A DNA stretch of 64,000 nucleotides from Gnetum montanum (Eukaryota > Plantae > Gnetophyta), in contig MNCI01002485.1 in assembly GCA_015680685.1 (NCBI GenBank), positions 806,439 to 870,438 on the forward strand, read 5' to 3'. Below the pieces are notes generated by a model. The model was not told the DNA's origin, searched no databases, and saw nothing but the letters and a program-made list of their open reading frames with translations. The translations under genes and the position numbers were made by a program. Position 1 is the first letter of the stretch. Each line of letters starts with the position of its first letter. Positions 25,842 to 38,044 of this stretch are shown piece by piece.

Positions 25842-28800
25842 TCATGTGTTAGCCCCGTTCACATTGCCTTCACCATTTGCCCCCACTCCATCTACTTGTG
25901 CATTGCGTGCTCCTATGTTGCCCCCTACCGGCTCTTCATTTCCTCCCTCCACAGGCCTCACACCTTCGTTGAGAGCCTGTATCCCAAAAATAGAGTAGTT
26001 AGCTAGGGTAATGAATGCAATAAATGCTAGCTATAGCATAGCATTAAAGCGACTAACCTGAGGAGAGCCTGCGTCATTCTCAAGAGGTATTTGGTCTAGA
26101 CTGAGCTTGAGGCAATGCCCAATCTCCTCTATCAAAATGTCCATCCAACACCTGCCACTAGGCTCAGCATTCGCAGCGGCAACTTTCTCCCTTTCTAAGG
26201 TCATCCACCTTAGAGGTTCCCGGGAAAGGGAGGTAGTTGCGGTCTCTCCTGTAGAAAGGTTCACCCTTAGGTTAAGAGACTTCATGACCTTCACTTTCTC
26301 TTTAAACCTGGCATAGGCCTCAGAAGCACCGATGGCCTTCACAAACATTTCGTACGAGAACACCTCCACAGTAGCATCTTTATACAATCTTCGATGGGTT
26401 CTGTTTTCTAGCATGTATGTATATTTGTGATTCCTCTAGGTTTTCCCTTATTCGAAGACTTTAGTGCTGATGTCCTTCATATCTTGGCACTTCTGGGCTA
26501 GCAAGTCCATCTACATCTGCTATTCGATTATTTCATGGGTGGACTCCACATTTTGATGAATGATAGTCCAAAACCTGGCGTAGTCATCCACAACCCTTTA
26601 CAAAGCAATAGGGTCAGGGTTACGGTTTATGAGGAAATTGATCCTCGACCTAAGTTTCTCCACCTCGGTGACCAGTTCAGCCTCTCTCTGCTCAACCTTT
26701 TGGACCCGTTTCTCCAGGTACTCATTGGTGCATTTACACTCCCACAGAGAGCGCGCTGAGTGCAAGACACATTTGTAAGCCTTGTCAAACATATGATGAG
26801 ACACCTCGGTCACATCAGGCGAGAGTGCGGGCACCATGCCTACCTCCATAGGTCATGCCAGATCCCACTTAGGCCAAGAGGCTGTACAAGCACACAAAGC
26901 ATAGTAATCACGTTAGCATAACATCATCAACAAAGTCAAAAATTTCAACGTAGCAACATAAGGACAGTTAACACTCCTACTTACCCGCACGAGGGTCTGC
27001 CTGCTGAAGGTGTTTGATCATGTCATCGACAAGTCCCTAAAAAAACACAAACTTGTTAGGGACTTTAGCCCATGACTTTGTACAAGGCAGAGGAAGTCCT
27101 AAGACATCAATAGTAGCACCTGTTACATGACTAAGCATGTCAGCAACGGCCAAAATGGACTACGGTAAGGCACAAACAAAGCCTAACTCACTAGCATTTG
27201 GCTACAGTCTTTCTTCTTGTCGATGCAAGATGATCGCAGTAGACTCGGTAGAAGGCCTGGCCAAGTCCATGAAAGCCCCTACCTCATGCGCTGGTGTCTT
27301 TCCTTTCAGGAGAGCAACATATTTTTTATTTTGGGGAGGTACCTCTTCGTTGATAGGAAGAGGTTTCCTAATGACAAGAGTCCCTGCCCTAGAGACAAGA
27401 GCTCCATTATTCCTAATCAGGGCCCTCTCTTCCAAATTGAGGCCCCCACGTATTTATTTGTCACCCTCATCCTGAGGGCCGACACTTCCTCGTCACCTTC
27501 TTCTTCATCTTCTTCTTCTTCTGCTCACAAAAGGGCATGTATACGTCAATTCAAAACAAGTTAACTCAAAATAGATGCCATGCTATGATGCACTGCCTAA
27601 CAAAGTGTAAAATAGTAGGCAATAGCAAAGTAAACTAAATATTATGTAACACTCACCAATGAGGGTTGCGTTCATCGCAGCTTGAACCGCAGTCTTTGTC
27701 CCTCCTCTTCATGAGAACTTTCCCTGGTTGGGGGAGGTCTCTTTCTTTGCAGCTCTACAGGCACGGTCTCAGCTATGAGATGTTCACCCTGTGTCACGTT
27801 GTTGATTATGGCAGGGGACATCTTCCCTATGCTTTCCTAGCCACAAGTGCTATGAACTACAAGACCTTTAGTCGTTACAGACAATGACTCCACGACCATT
27901 TCCAGGGGGACTTGGGCTTGCATAGTCTGAAGGACCTGTCGAATCCATGGCTTAGGAATTTGGTCACGATCTAGCTTAGACTAGACTCCATTCTCCTGGA
28001 CCACCAGGAACTCCACGAAGTGCTTTAAACAACCTATGTAGAAAGCATAGTGTATGTTAGAGCGGGACTCTATTTGCTCATGGAGTCCCAAAATCTTAGC
28101 CTGCAAACCACTACATAGGAATTTGACCCAGTTGTAATGGGTCCCCTCCTCCATGACTTCCCACATTACCCAAGCCTACTCAAGCCCTAGGACCCTCCCT
28201 TGGGTGAGCAATTGAGGGAATGTGTGGGCATGAAAGATTGAGTATATCCCCATGGTAGGACCTTCCTTAAGCTTATCCATAGGGAACCCCTTTCGCTCCT
28301 TGGTGAGCCTTAGCCACTCCTCGATGTGCTACTTCTAAAGGGTCAACTCCTGCTTGTCCTTCGACATCACATCGGCACCATTAGTAGGGATGCCAAAAAA
28401 ATCTGCAAATAGCTGGTCATTGATGTCAATGACCACCCACACATCCTAAACATACGTACGAAAATGGCTCGCCTACCTAGAGAAGGACTTGACCAAGGAA
28501 AGCATCTCAGCAGTAGGGATGCCCAGATTTGGAGCCATGAACAAATCCATAAGTCCAGCCATTCAGATTTTCTTGAGCAAGGGGTCCAGAGCCCTTCATT
28601 CTAACCAGCTTTGGCTCACTGCTACTTCACCATATTTGAAGTAAATATTTCCCCCTTGCCTCTTGGTAGTTATCACCATCACCTCACGAGGCTTCTTCAC
28701 TTCTGCAGCAATGATCATGAAACGTACTTAGCATAATAATGTGAAAAAAAGCTACAAAAACACTGAGCATGTGGTGCCCGCCTGTTAACCCACCAGGTCT

Positions 28801-30239
28801 ATACAGTGAGGGGAATAGCGAGAGTTCAGCTACCAGGACTGCTTCGAGCGTGACCTACTTGAAAGGTTCTCTCCACTCCTTGTCTAGCCAACTCTTCATC
28901 CTACAACGATTGTAGAAGGTGGTGAGTGTGCATAGGTGGGAATGGTATCCCTCCCCGCAATGAGCAATCACGCTCACCCATAGGCTCTTGGCAGAGGCAA
29001 ATTCCCATAGGGCTAGCTGCATTGTGGCCAACTCACCTGGCTGATCATGAACCCCGTCATCATCAATATAGGACCTGGTGATAAGCACACACTATCAGCA
29101 CTCAGCCAAGTATGGCCGATGTTGCACAACCAAGCAAAGAAAAGATGTGAAACTCACCCACCAAGACAATAGACGGTCCCCTGTGGGTTCTGAAAGTACG
29201 TCGTCGTGTGGTGCACAAGATACAACATGTTGTATGGGTGATAACACTGGTATTCTGGCATATCCCAGATCTAGGCTAAACACCTCAACCTTGTTGAATG
29301 TTGGTTAGACCCTCCTCCCAGCCTGCTTGTGGTCACGTTTTCGAAAAGGTATCTTAGGATGCCCTGATTCGTCCCTGGTAGTATGGCCGCTATTATGCCA
29401 GATGCCTGTGCTTCATCTAAGGAGGACCAAATCATGAAACTAAAATGGCTAAGAAGGAATTGCAAGAAGTCTGATGCCTAATCCCTGAACCAAACAACTC
29501 GCTCTCCCAAACGTATTAGGGAAGGAGGAACATTGGTCATAGGTCTACCCACATGACATAGGACCCCTTCAAGGTCCAAAACGATTAGCCTAGACCTTGG
29601 CCCTATCCTGCATGATGCAAATAGAAAATATTGACATCAAATTTGAACACAATGCATGCACAACATAGCAGTGCTTAGCAGAACACGAATGTAGCACAGC
29701 ATAACCCCTTGTTCACCATAGTGTAGCAAAGATGCGAAAGCCTAGTGTCGCAAGAACATGCAAGTAGCTTAGCATAGCAGCAAAATAACTAACAACATCC
29801 TCAAAAAAAAACATGCACCATGATGCTACATCACACATAACCAAACCCTCTTGAGGGTTTTATGCCGTGGCATGCCAAGGACAAGCAACTTAAAGAGCCC
29901 CGGCCCCGCAGTCGCGATAATCGCAGTGATGGCAACGACCTTGCATGCAATCACAACAAGACCCTTTCACAATAGCCATGACCAAAAGAAAAAGAGGCCA
30001 CAGCAACACAAAAGCTCAAATAACACAACCACAGAAAATATAAATAGCAAAACAAATAAGATGCAAAACTAGAGTAGAAAGCGACAGAAGGTGCAAGATG
30101 AAAAGGGTAAAGGAGACATGAAAACTCACTGAGTCAACGGTGTTCTCTTCTGCGTTAGAACGCGTGCTTGTGGCCCATGCCTCAAGGTCTTTTTTTCCTC
30201 CTCAACCTTCGCAAGCACCAACTAAGTTTGAGGAGCCAT
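25842..30239 (-). pseudogene. Decayed 8-exon antisense accessory gene: FCP1/NIF-like HAD domain, PMD/Transposase_32-like domain, coiled coil
   Basis: Exons 30239-30130, 29607-29158, 29074-28794, 28702-27657, about 27520-27192, 27119-26985, 26881-26058, 25976-25842. All introns are GT-AG. Six of seven junctions are phase-compatible from ATG 30239 to TGA 25842. Internal stops are mostly TAG/TGA, consistent with C-to-T decay of CAG/CGA. Confidence 0.8.
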
Positions 30240-30386
30240 GGCCCTACTTGTAGATTTACGACCTTCGCTTTAGAAATTCACCTCGCTAATCGATTAACAC
30301 AATTGCTCCATGCTCTAAAATCACCGAGTGCTCCGATGAGGATTCTATGCTTTTACAGTGAAAATGTCGAAATCACCAGGGTTCAA

Positions 30387-30398
30387 TCCCTATTTATG
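30387..30398 (-). promoter_or_regulatory. Candidate TATA box of the antisense gene
   Basis: Minus strand reads CATAAATAGGG about 150 nt upstream of ATG 30239. A (GA)n tract lies just upstream (30424-30440). Confidence 0.4.
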
Positions 30399-31208
30399 GT
30401 AGTAGTGGCAAAATGAGGAAACTTTCTCTCTCTCTCTCTCCAATTAATGTGGAGCATGATGTGCAACGTGGCATGCTCACCATGACATCATGACACTATT
30501 AGCATTTAAACCTTGACACACTTCAGGCCAATTACTCGCCTTTCTAAAAATAAAAAAAATATAATAATATTTATTTTCGATTAAAGGTCTGAAAAGACCT
30601 TAATCTAACAAGCCTAGTATAGTTGCATTCCTCAGGACCCAAAAAAATAGTAATTCTGACCCATAACGTTCGCAGTCTGCAGTGACATTAAACTAGCTAC
30701 ACCCTTACATCAGCAGTTACCTCATACAACTTGACATAGGCAGTAGAATATTTTCTAATAGTTTCATGTCTTCATTCCTGCACTGGTAGTTTGATACCCC
30801 TAGTACTCACAATTTCAATCTTTTTATCATTATTTTGGATATCAAGATTTTGCATGTTGCAATATGGCAATTCTAGATGACACTAAACTAGAATTTTGAC
30901 ATTTTCATATCAATGGTTACACAACTTCACACTTCACATCAACAATTTACATATCGTTAACAATTCTAGACTCTTGTGCCTTGGTGGTCTGCCATGACCT
31001 TAAACTAGTAAACTCTCAATCTTTACATTGCCTTACTTAGCAAGTCGCACCTCGGTGTTGCTTTGCAGATTTATGTTTTACACAAACTCTGATGACCCTT
31101 ACCCAGGCTTTCATCTTATGATGGAAGGTCAAGCAAGAGATGGAAACTCGTTGTGCCCTTTCCATGCCTCTAATGTTAGCAGGGCCGCAAGGCAAGCTCG
31201 CGAGATAG

Positions 31209-34200
31209 TTGAACCTCGACATGATTGACTAGGAATCGACTACGATTAACACTATAGCAACCTTAGAAGCACCCCTAGATTGTCCTAGACACCTGGTCCA
31301 TGCCCTAGATTTAGAGATCGATGATGTAACTGAGGATCCTCTTGTCAAGATACCTGTAACCATGTCAAAAAGGAAGGTAAAGACATTAAGAATTAGCTCC
31401 CTCCTAGACACACAAATACATGAGGGCATAGTCAAAACTTTGTAGGATCACATCAATGTCTTCGCATGGTCATACGGTGACATGTCGGGTCTGGATCCGT
31501 GGCTGATCTAGCATAACATTTTCCTAGATCCACACGTAAGGATAGTTAAGAAAAAGGTGCATAAGATTAAGCCAGAAATCGCACTAGCTATGAGGGACGA
31601 AATCACTAAGTTATACCAAGCAGGTTTCATCCATGTGGTCGACTATTTAGAGTGGGTGTCCAACATCATTTTGGTTTCGAAGAAAAAAGGATGGATACGA
31701 ATCTATATAGACTTTCAAGACTTGAACAAGGTAATGATCAAAGATAACTTCCCACTCCCAAGCATCGATCAACTCATCGACACCATAGCTGGTCATGCTT
31801 TGCTATCCTTCATGGATGGCTTCTCTGGATACAACCAAATCCACATCAACCCAGAGCACTAGCTGTCAACAACCTTTATGACTCCATGGGGAACCTTTTG
31901 CTATACCATGATTCCTTTCAGGCTTAAAAATGCTGGAGCAACCTACCAACGAGCCATGATCTACATTTTCAATGAATACATCCTAGAAACATTAAACAAT
32001 TACGTGGATGATATAGCAGTTAAGTCCAAAGAGGTGGGCCACCACCCACGCGACCTAGAGTTAGTCCTCAAGTGCTGCCAAAGGCATGATTTATGTCTTA
32101 ACCCTAAGAAGTGTGTCTTTGGGGTAAAGATCAAATGCATGTTAGGGTTTGTAGTATCAAAGGTCAGAATACGGGTGAACCCAGACAAAGTCAAGGCCAT
32201 CATCAACCTAGCGCCTCCCACAAATGTTAAGGAGTTACATGGTTTACAAGGTAGAGTGCAATTCATTTGAAGGTTTATAGCAAGGTTGATCGACAAGTTA
32301 CACCCCATGCAACATCTTCTAAAGAAGGGGGTTGACTTTGATTGGATAGCCCAGTGTCAACAAGCCTTTGACAACCTGAAGAAGGAGCTCTCACACCTCC
32401 CAATGGTGCACCCACCGCAAAGGGACAAGCCTTTCTTCATATACCTTGCCACCTCTGACGCATCCATAGCAGCACTGCTATGTTAGATGCAGGACAATGG
32501 TTTTGAGATACCAATGTATTACCTGAGCCACACACTAATAGCATATAAGGAAAAATACAACGAGGTGGAGAGGAACTACCTATCCTTAGTGTTCACAGTA
32601 AAAAAGTGGCAGCATTACCTATTCCACAGCACAACCAACATCATTTGCAAAAGCAACATACTCCGGGCTATCACTAGCAACCTGTACGAAAGTAGCAGGA
32701 TAGCCTGATGGAAAGTAATAACTATGGAATTCGACCCACACTATGTAAGTCAATCATTGACAGAGGGCCAAGCCATAGCAACCCAACTTGTAGCCTCGCC
32801 AGTCAATGACCAGGCAACCGTAGATCCTAAGTTCCCAGACGAATACGTTAGCAATGTTGCCATCATCCCATTACATTTCGAGGCAACCTTACACTTTGAA
32901 GATGCCTCAACCACGCAAGGAGGTAGTATCACTGCCAGGATCACATTTCCCTCTAGGGAAATGTACCCATCCGCTTATCATTTTACATTCCCTTGCACCA
33001 AAAACATGGAACAGTACAAGGGACTATTTAGAGGCCTCTTAACTACCTGCACGCTGCATGTACAACACCTAGCAATCTGGGGAGATTCACAACTAGTCGT
33101 GTATCAAATCACTGAAGTCTACGCCTACAAGGCTACGCACTTGCAACCCTACTGCGACCTAGAAAAAATCTTACTGAAGTAATTCGTGACCGCTGATGTG
33201 CAACACGTGCCACGCAATGAGAACACCATAGCAGATGTCTTAGCTACCCTCGCATTAAACATCCCACCGCATTCCTTGGCAAAATTGACAACTACGATCA
33301 TAGAATGTGTGGAGCCTATCACTCAGGCGAAACACGTGGCCTTTGTCGATGTTGCAGACACCTTGGAGTGGTACAACAACATTAAAGCTTATTTACAGCA
33401 TGGAGAACTCGCAGGTGGATTGACATTGGCTCAAAGAGATGTAATTCGGAAACACGCTCGGTAATATGTGCTCATGGGAAATGATGGCCTGTGCAGATGA
33501 TCCTACAATGGAATATTACTAGCATGCGTGGGTGGTAAGCAGGCACAAAAGGTTGTTAATGAGGTTCACGAAGGGCTGTGCGGTGGACACATAGCACCTA
33601 GGGCTATGGCTATGAAAATCAAATGCCTAGGGTACTATTGGCCCTACATGGAGTGTGACTACCTGTCAAAAGTCAAGACATGTGACACATGCCAGAGATA
33701 TGCAAACCTCATACACATAGCACCTATAGACCTGCACCCAACCCAAATTACGTGGCCCTTCCAACGATGGGGACTAGACCTCATAGGGCCTATCATGCCT
33801 AAGTCCTCCGTAGGGCATAACTTCATTATCACTACAACAGAGTATTTTACTAAGTGGGTGGAAGCTATTCCCTTGAGGAAAATGATATCTCAACAAATCT
33901 GCCATTTCATCCTTGATAACATCGTAACTAGGTTTGGACTCCCGATGACTATTGTGACCGACAATGGACCACAGTTTAGCAGTATGGAAACCTGAACCTT
34001 CTATAGAAATCTAGGCATTAAACAATCATTTTCTTCCCCTTATTATCTGCAGGCAAATGGGCAAGCGCAGGCTACAAATAAGTCCATCATAAACTTACTA
34101 AAGAGGATGCTTAACACTAGCAAGAGGTGTTGTCATGAGCAAATACTCTACGTCCTCTGGGCCTATTGAAAAACTTGTAGAACTACGATGAGTAAGACCC

Positions 34201-34610
34201 CTTACAGTCTCTTTTATGGATTTGAAGCTGTATTGCCTCTTGAGTTGCAAGTACCCTCACTTTAGATGATCTTGTACGACACCGTAAGTGAAGCCCAGAA
34301 CAATGAATCATGGACCATCAATCTCAACTTGGTGGAGGAGGAATGCATGCAGATGATGAGATGAATCTAGCACTACCAGAACAAACAATAGTAGAAGCAC
34401 TATGCAGACCTGCATCGACGGCCAGTGCAGAAGGGAGACCTCATCCTCAAGGCCATCCATGAGCACGTAAGTAAGTTCTCAGCCAATTGCGAAGGTCCTT
34501 ACATGGTCGCTAAAGCCTTCTGGAATGGAGCCTTCAAGCTGGCAGACATGGATGGCAATGAGTTTGCCAACTCGATGAACCACACATACCTCAAGCCATA
34601 CTACGTTTGA
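31209..34610 (+). pseudogene. pol: pol of the Tat element: RT (about 31440-32270), RH (about 32430-32720), archaeal-type aRH (about 32880-33265), integrase (about 33370-34610)
   Basis: VFAWSYGDMSGLDP, DFQDLNK, MDGFSGYNQI and YVDD (RT). YLATSDASIAALL (RH). FPCTKNMEQYKGL..WGDSQLV..HVPRNENTIADVLA (aRH). HEGLCGGH..CDTC, WGLDLIGP, TDNGPQF and EGPYMV (INT). Confidence 0.93.
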
Positions 34611-34629
34611 AGTGTAACAGTAACAACAA

Positions 34630-34910
34630 GCATCGTCCGCTATGATGATAAACTGGCAGTCGCACTAGGTAGTATCTATAATGACAATAAACTAGTAGCA
34701 TTGAGCAGCATTTGCCACGATGTTAAAGTAGCAGCAACGGTCCGCCACAACATAACGCTGGCACTGTTAGTCCACTATGACTATAAACTAGCATTTCACG
34801 TCTACTACAACATAAAAATGGCATGTACGGTCTACTAGGACCTTAAACCAGCATAGCGGTTTGCTGGGACCTTAAACCAGCACATGGTCTATTGAGACAT
34901 TAAACTGGGT
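34630..34910 (+). repeat. Tandem array after integrase, consensus about GTCYRCYAYGACNTTAAACYRGCA
   Basis: About 9 copies at roughly 30-40 bp spacing. Confidence 0.8.
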
Positions 34911-35852
34911 TCGCATTACGTCCTCAACATGCACGACCACTAGATACACGTCGAACAAAGGGGTGTGATACTGATTCTTGGATGGGACATCGCAGCTCCA
35001 GAACACAGTTCTCAACAAAAGGAGAACGTGGCTCGAGGCATACGCGCCGCCAACCTCAGTGTCATGCTGACCCTTCAAAGACGTCATATGATGTCATATG
35101 GGCCCTTCGAACCTATCATCGCCATGACCCACTGCCCTGACGGTAGTTCCTGGGCTTGTTTCTCTTTAGTTCCCTGCCAAGTTTTTAGCTCGAGAAATGT
35201 TTAGCTATGTGGTAGCTGATACCATAGCTGAACTGAGCATGCATTCCTTTGGTGGGGATTCTAGTGCATTTGCGTCCACAAAAGCTCCCGAGGCCTTAGA
35301 GATTAGCTCCCCCGCATCGGCACTGCCAAGACCGCAGCTGGCCTCCTTGCTTTGGGCATCTCACACCAGCAACGATGCCCAAGAGTAACAACAATGCCAG
35401 TAGCCAGCAAGACCTTGTCCCTGCAAGCGCATCTTGCTATAGCAGCAAACATTACAGCTTCGTGAAGTGAGTGCCTCAACTAGCTCAGCTACTTCAGAGT
35501 GCAAATTTCGGCATGCACGTAACATAGCTCACCGTGCGGAAGGCTGTAGTAGGCAAGTCAGAGCCCTCCATGGATGTAATGCAACTCATCCTGTGGAGGG
35601 GACACCTACCTATAGGAGGTTGAAGAACAACGCCAGCCAAAGATGAAAACGCAAACAAGACCCTCAGAGCACTCCAACGAGGGACTTGGCTAAACATCAC
35701 CTTTGCTATCTGCCTTAACCACAACCAATGCAACACTCTCAAGCACGACCAAGGGACATCTCAACACTCACCAAGAGACAACCTTAGCATTTCGCCTACT
35801 GTAGTGTTTCATATTCTTTGCTGACGTCCATCGAGCCTGTTCTCCAGACATC

Positions 35853-35868
35853 AACAAAGAGGGGCCGA
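35853..35868 (+). promoter_or_regulatory. Polypurine tract of the Tat element
   Basis: aacaaagaggggccga directly before the TG of the 3' LTR. Confidence 0.7.
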
Positions 35869-37612
35869 TGAAACACCCTAAAAAATACGGGGGCATCCTT
35901 GCTTCACCAGGATATTGCAGTCCACACAGCACTATGGTAGTTCATCGGGAGAAGAACGTTCTGAGTCTAGGTCAGCCAGTTTGGCAAATTTTCTACTTTG
36001 AGCATGGAGAGGTCCTGTACCATCCTACTTGCCCACCAAAGTAGCCTAAACAGCCAATAGCCTACTCAGGAATAGCATGTAGAATCGACGGCAGCATCTT
36101 GGATGCACAAGAAATAGTTTGGCAAGTTTTCTAAGTCACGAAGCCTACTATGCTATGCTACGTTATGTAGCGTACCAAGCTTCAGAAGATAATGGCGGAA
36201 CGAAGTGCTATGCTACACGACGTCACACAGCGTAGCATGGCAATGACTTCACTACCCACTCCCCTCGCCCAATTTCGAGTTTTGTAGTGATGTCCTTTTT
36301 CGTTAGGAAGTGGTAGACCATGTCTGCTACTATGCTATGCTAAGCTACATGGCGCAGCAAGGTGTAGCAATCCTGCGAAAGAGACAGAAGGAAGTTCGAA
36401 AGGCGGAGTCAACGGAGTTCACAAGACTTGCATCGTAGGAGAAAGTTTGCAAATTGAAAAATCTCTTACGACTAAGGCAAGTTGCTACACTACGCTACGC
36501 TATGTAGCATAGCATAGCATAGCAAGCATGTAACAGACAATAGAACGTGTGACAAGGTGCCATGCTACACCAAGCATGCTACGTCACAAAGCACAGTGAG
36601 GCATGTAGGTGGTTGCATGATATCAATGCACTTCACCTAATCGGACCATTGGTACATGTCCCCAGACGCTGATGGCGCGATTACGGCATGGTAGGATCGT
36701 AGTTATTGCATGGCAGGTTTGCATTGCAACAGTCTTGTAGGCCCAATGGTCATAGATGACTCGAGTGGTGCCAGTAAGACAAGGTAAGCCTGCGGCACAT
36801 ATCATTCAAAAATTGCCCCTTTCCACTTACCTTCAGTCCTATAAATATCCTGGAAAATAGCATATAATGAGTTGAAAAGTTTTTAGAGGTACCCACAATT
36901 TGGAAAAGTCCATAATTTTTAAAGTTGGCAATTGCAAAAGAGTTCACATCTTTCTTGAAGCAAACAGCTTCCAAGTGGTGGGAACTTTAAAATTCTAAAA
37001 GAAAGATCTCCCTTCTCTCCAGCATTGTAATATCAAAGTCATCTATCTAACGCTATAAACAATGACTCTCTCTCGGCCGGCGAGAGGTCCCTGTCTCCGT
37101 TCTACCACCTTAGTAGAGCCCCGCATTGTTTGTATGTGGGTACGCATCCAAGCGCATAGCTCTTTTTTCTTAGCATGTCCTAGTTACTCTTGGGATTTCT
37201 GTACTCCGTCATGCTGTGCAGCTGATTGTATCCACCCTGACTGGATGAGTTTGTAGCTTTGGAGCGGTGCATGTTTCTAACCATACTTTACTTTATTTCC
37301 CATTTACTGTCTCATTTCTTTGCATTATTTTCTGTTTTGTTCACCTTTAAGCATTATTTCGTATTACTATTGCATTTTTACAGTTTCTCTCCTACTTTAA
37401 TTACCCGTAAGCAGTATCTCACATTTTGCATTGTTTACGTTGCAAAAGGCTATATTGACATCGATGTAAGTCCCTGTCTGATCAACCAGACCATTCAGGA
37501 CACCCCGTGTCCGCACACACCCAGCACTGCCCTCTCATGGATACGGGGTTGGAATTGTCACGTCTATCGACCCCCAGTGTTCTTCCAACCACCGACGTTT
37601 TCGGTCGCTACA
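35869..37612 (+). repeat. 3' LTR of the 18.5-kb Tat element
   Basis: TGAAACACCCTA...GGTCGCTACA followed by TSD TCTAT. Confidence 0.92.
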
Positions 37613-37617
37613 TCTAT

Positions 37618-37920
37618 AAGCAAAAAACTTGGTTTGATTCTTGAAAAATCCTTTAAAAAGATTGTTCAAGTGGAAAAATGTAGAGTGAAGATTATGGATT
37701 AGCTACCAAATTTTCTATTAGAAATTGCTTCTGAACCTAATATAAAAAGTAGAGTAACTATTCAAGTAGAAAATATACCAGATTCACATAGTCTTTTGTT
37801 AAGTAGAAGTTGGAGTAAGAATTTCTTAGAAGACATATCAACAAATTATTCACATATGTGGCTACCTTGGAGAGGGAAACCAAATTGAATTTATATATAT
37901 AGGAAATTTCTAATGATTGA
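37618..37920 (+). pseudogene. Outer element protease, C-terminal half
   Basis: (IMSLS)I|SKKLGLIL...IVQVE...SHSLLLSRSWS continues the frame cut at 19074. Confidence 0.8.
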
Positions 37921-38044
37921 AAACATTACTTCAAATGAGAAGAACAAAGTTGTTAAAACAAGAGCTTTTGAATCCAAAATTTGCACACTTCAAGAAGTTT
38001 ATAACTTGGAAAGAGAGAAAGTTCAAGATGAGAGTAAATGAGAA

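Larger units (their letters stand above)
19075..37612 (+). mobile_element. Full-length Tat/Ogre-Retand-like Ty3/Gypsy element (18.5 kb): GAG-PR-[antisense gene]-RT-RH-aRH-INT
   Basis: Paired LTRs of about 1.74 kb, TSD TCTAT (19070-19074 and 37613-37617), PBS, PPT and all pol domains present with many stops. Confidence 0.93.

Noticed and set aside
34630-34910. Repeat-spacer-like array resembling CRISPR
   Set aside because: Degenerate repeats with very short linkers, no cas genes, eukaryotic retrotransposon context. This is an ordinary Tat 3' tandem array.
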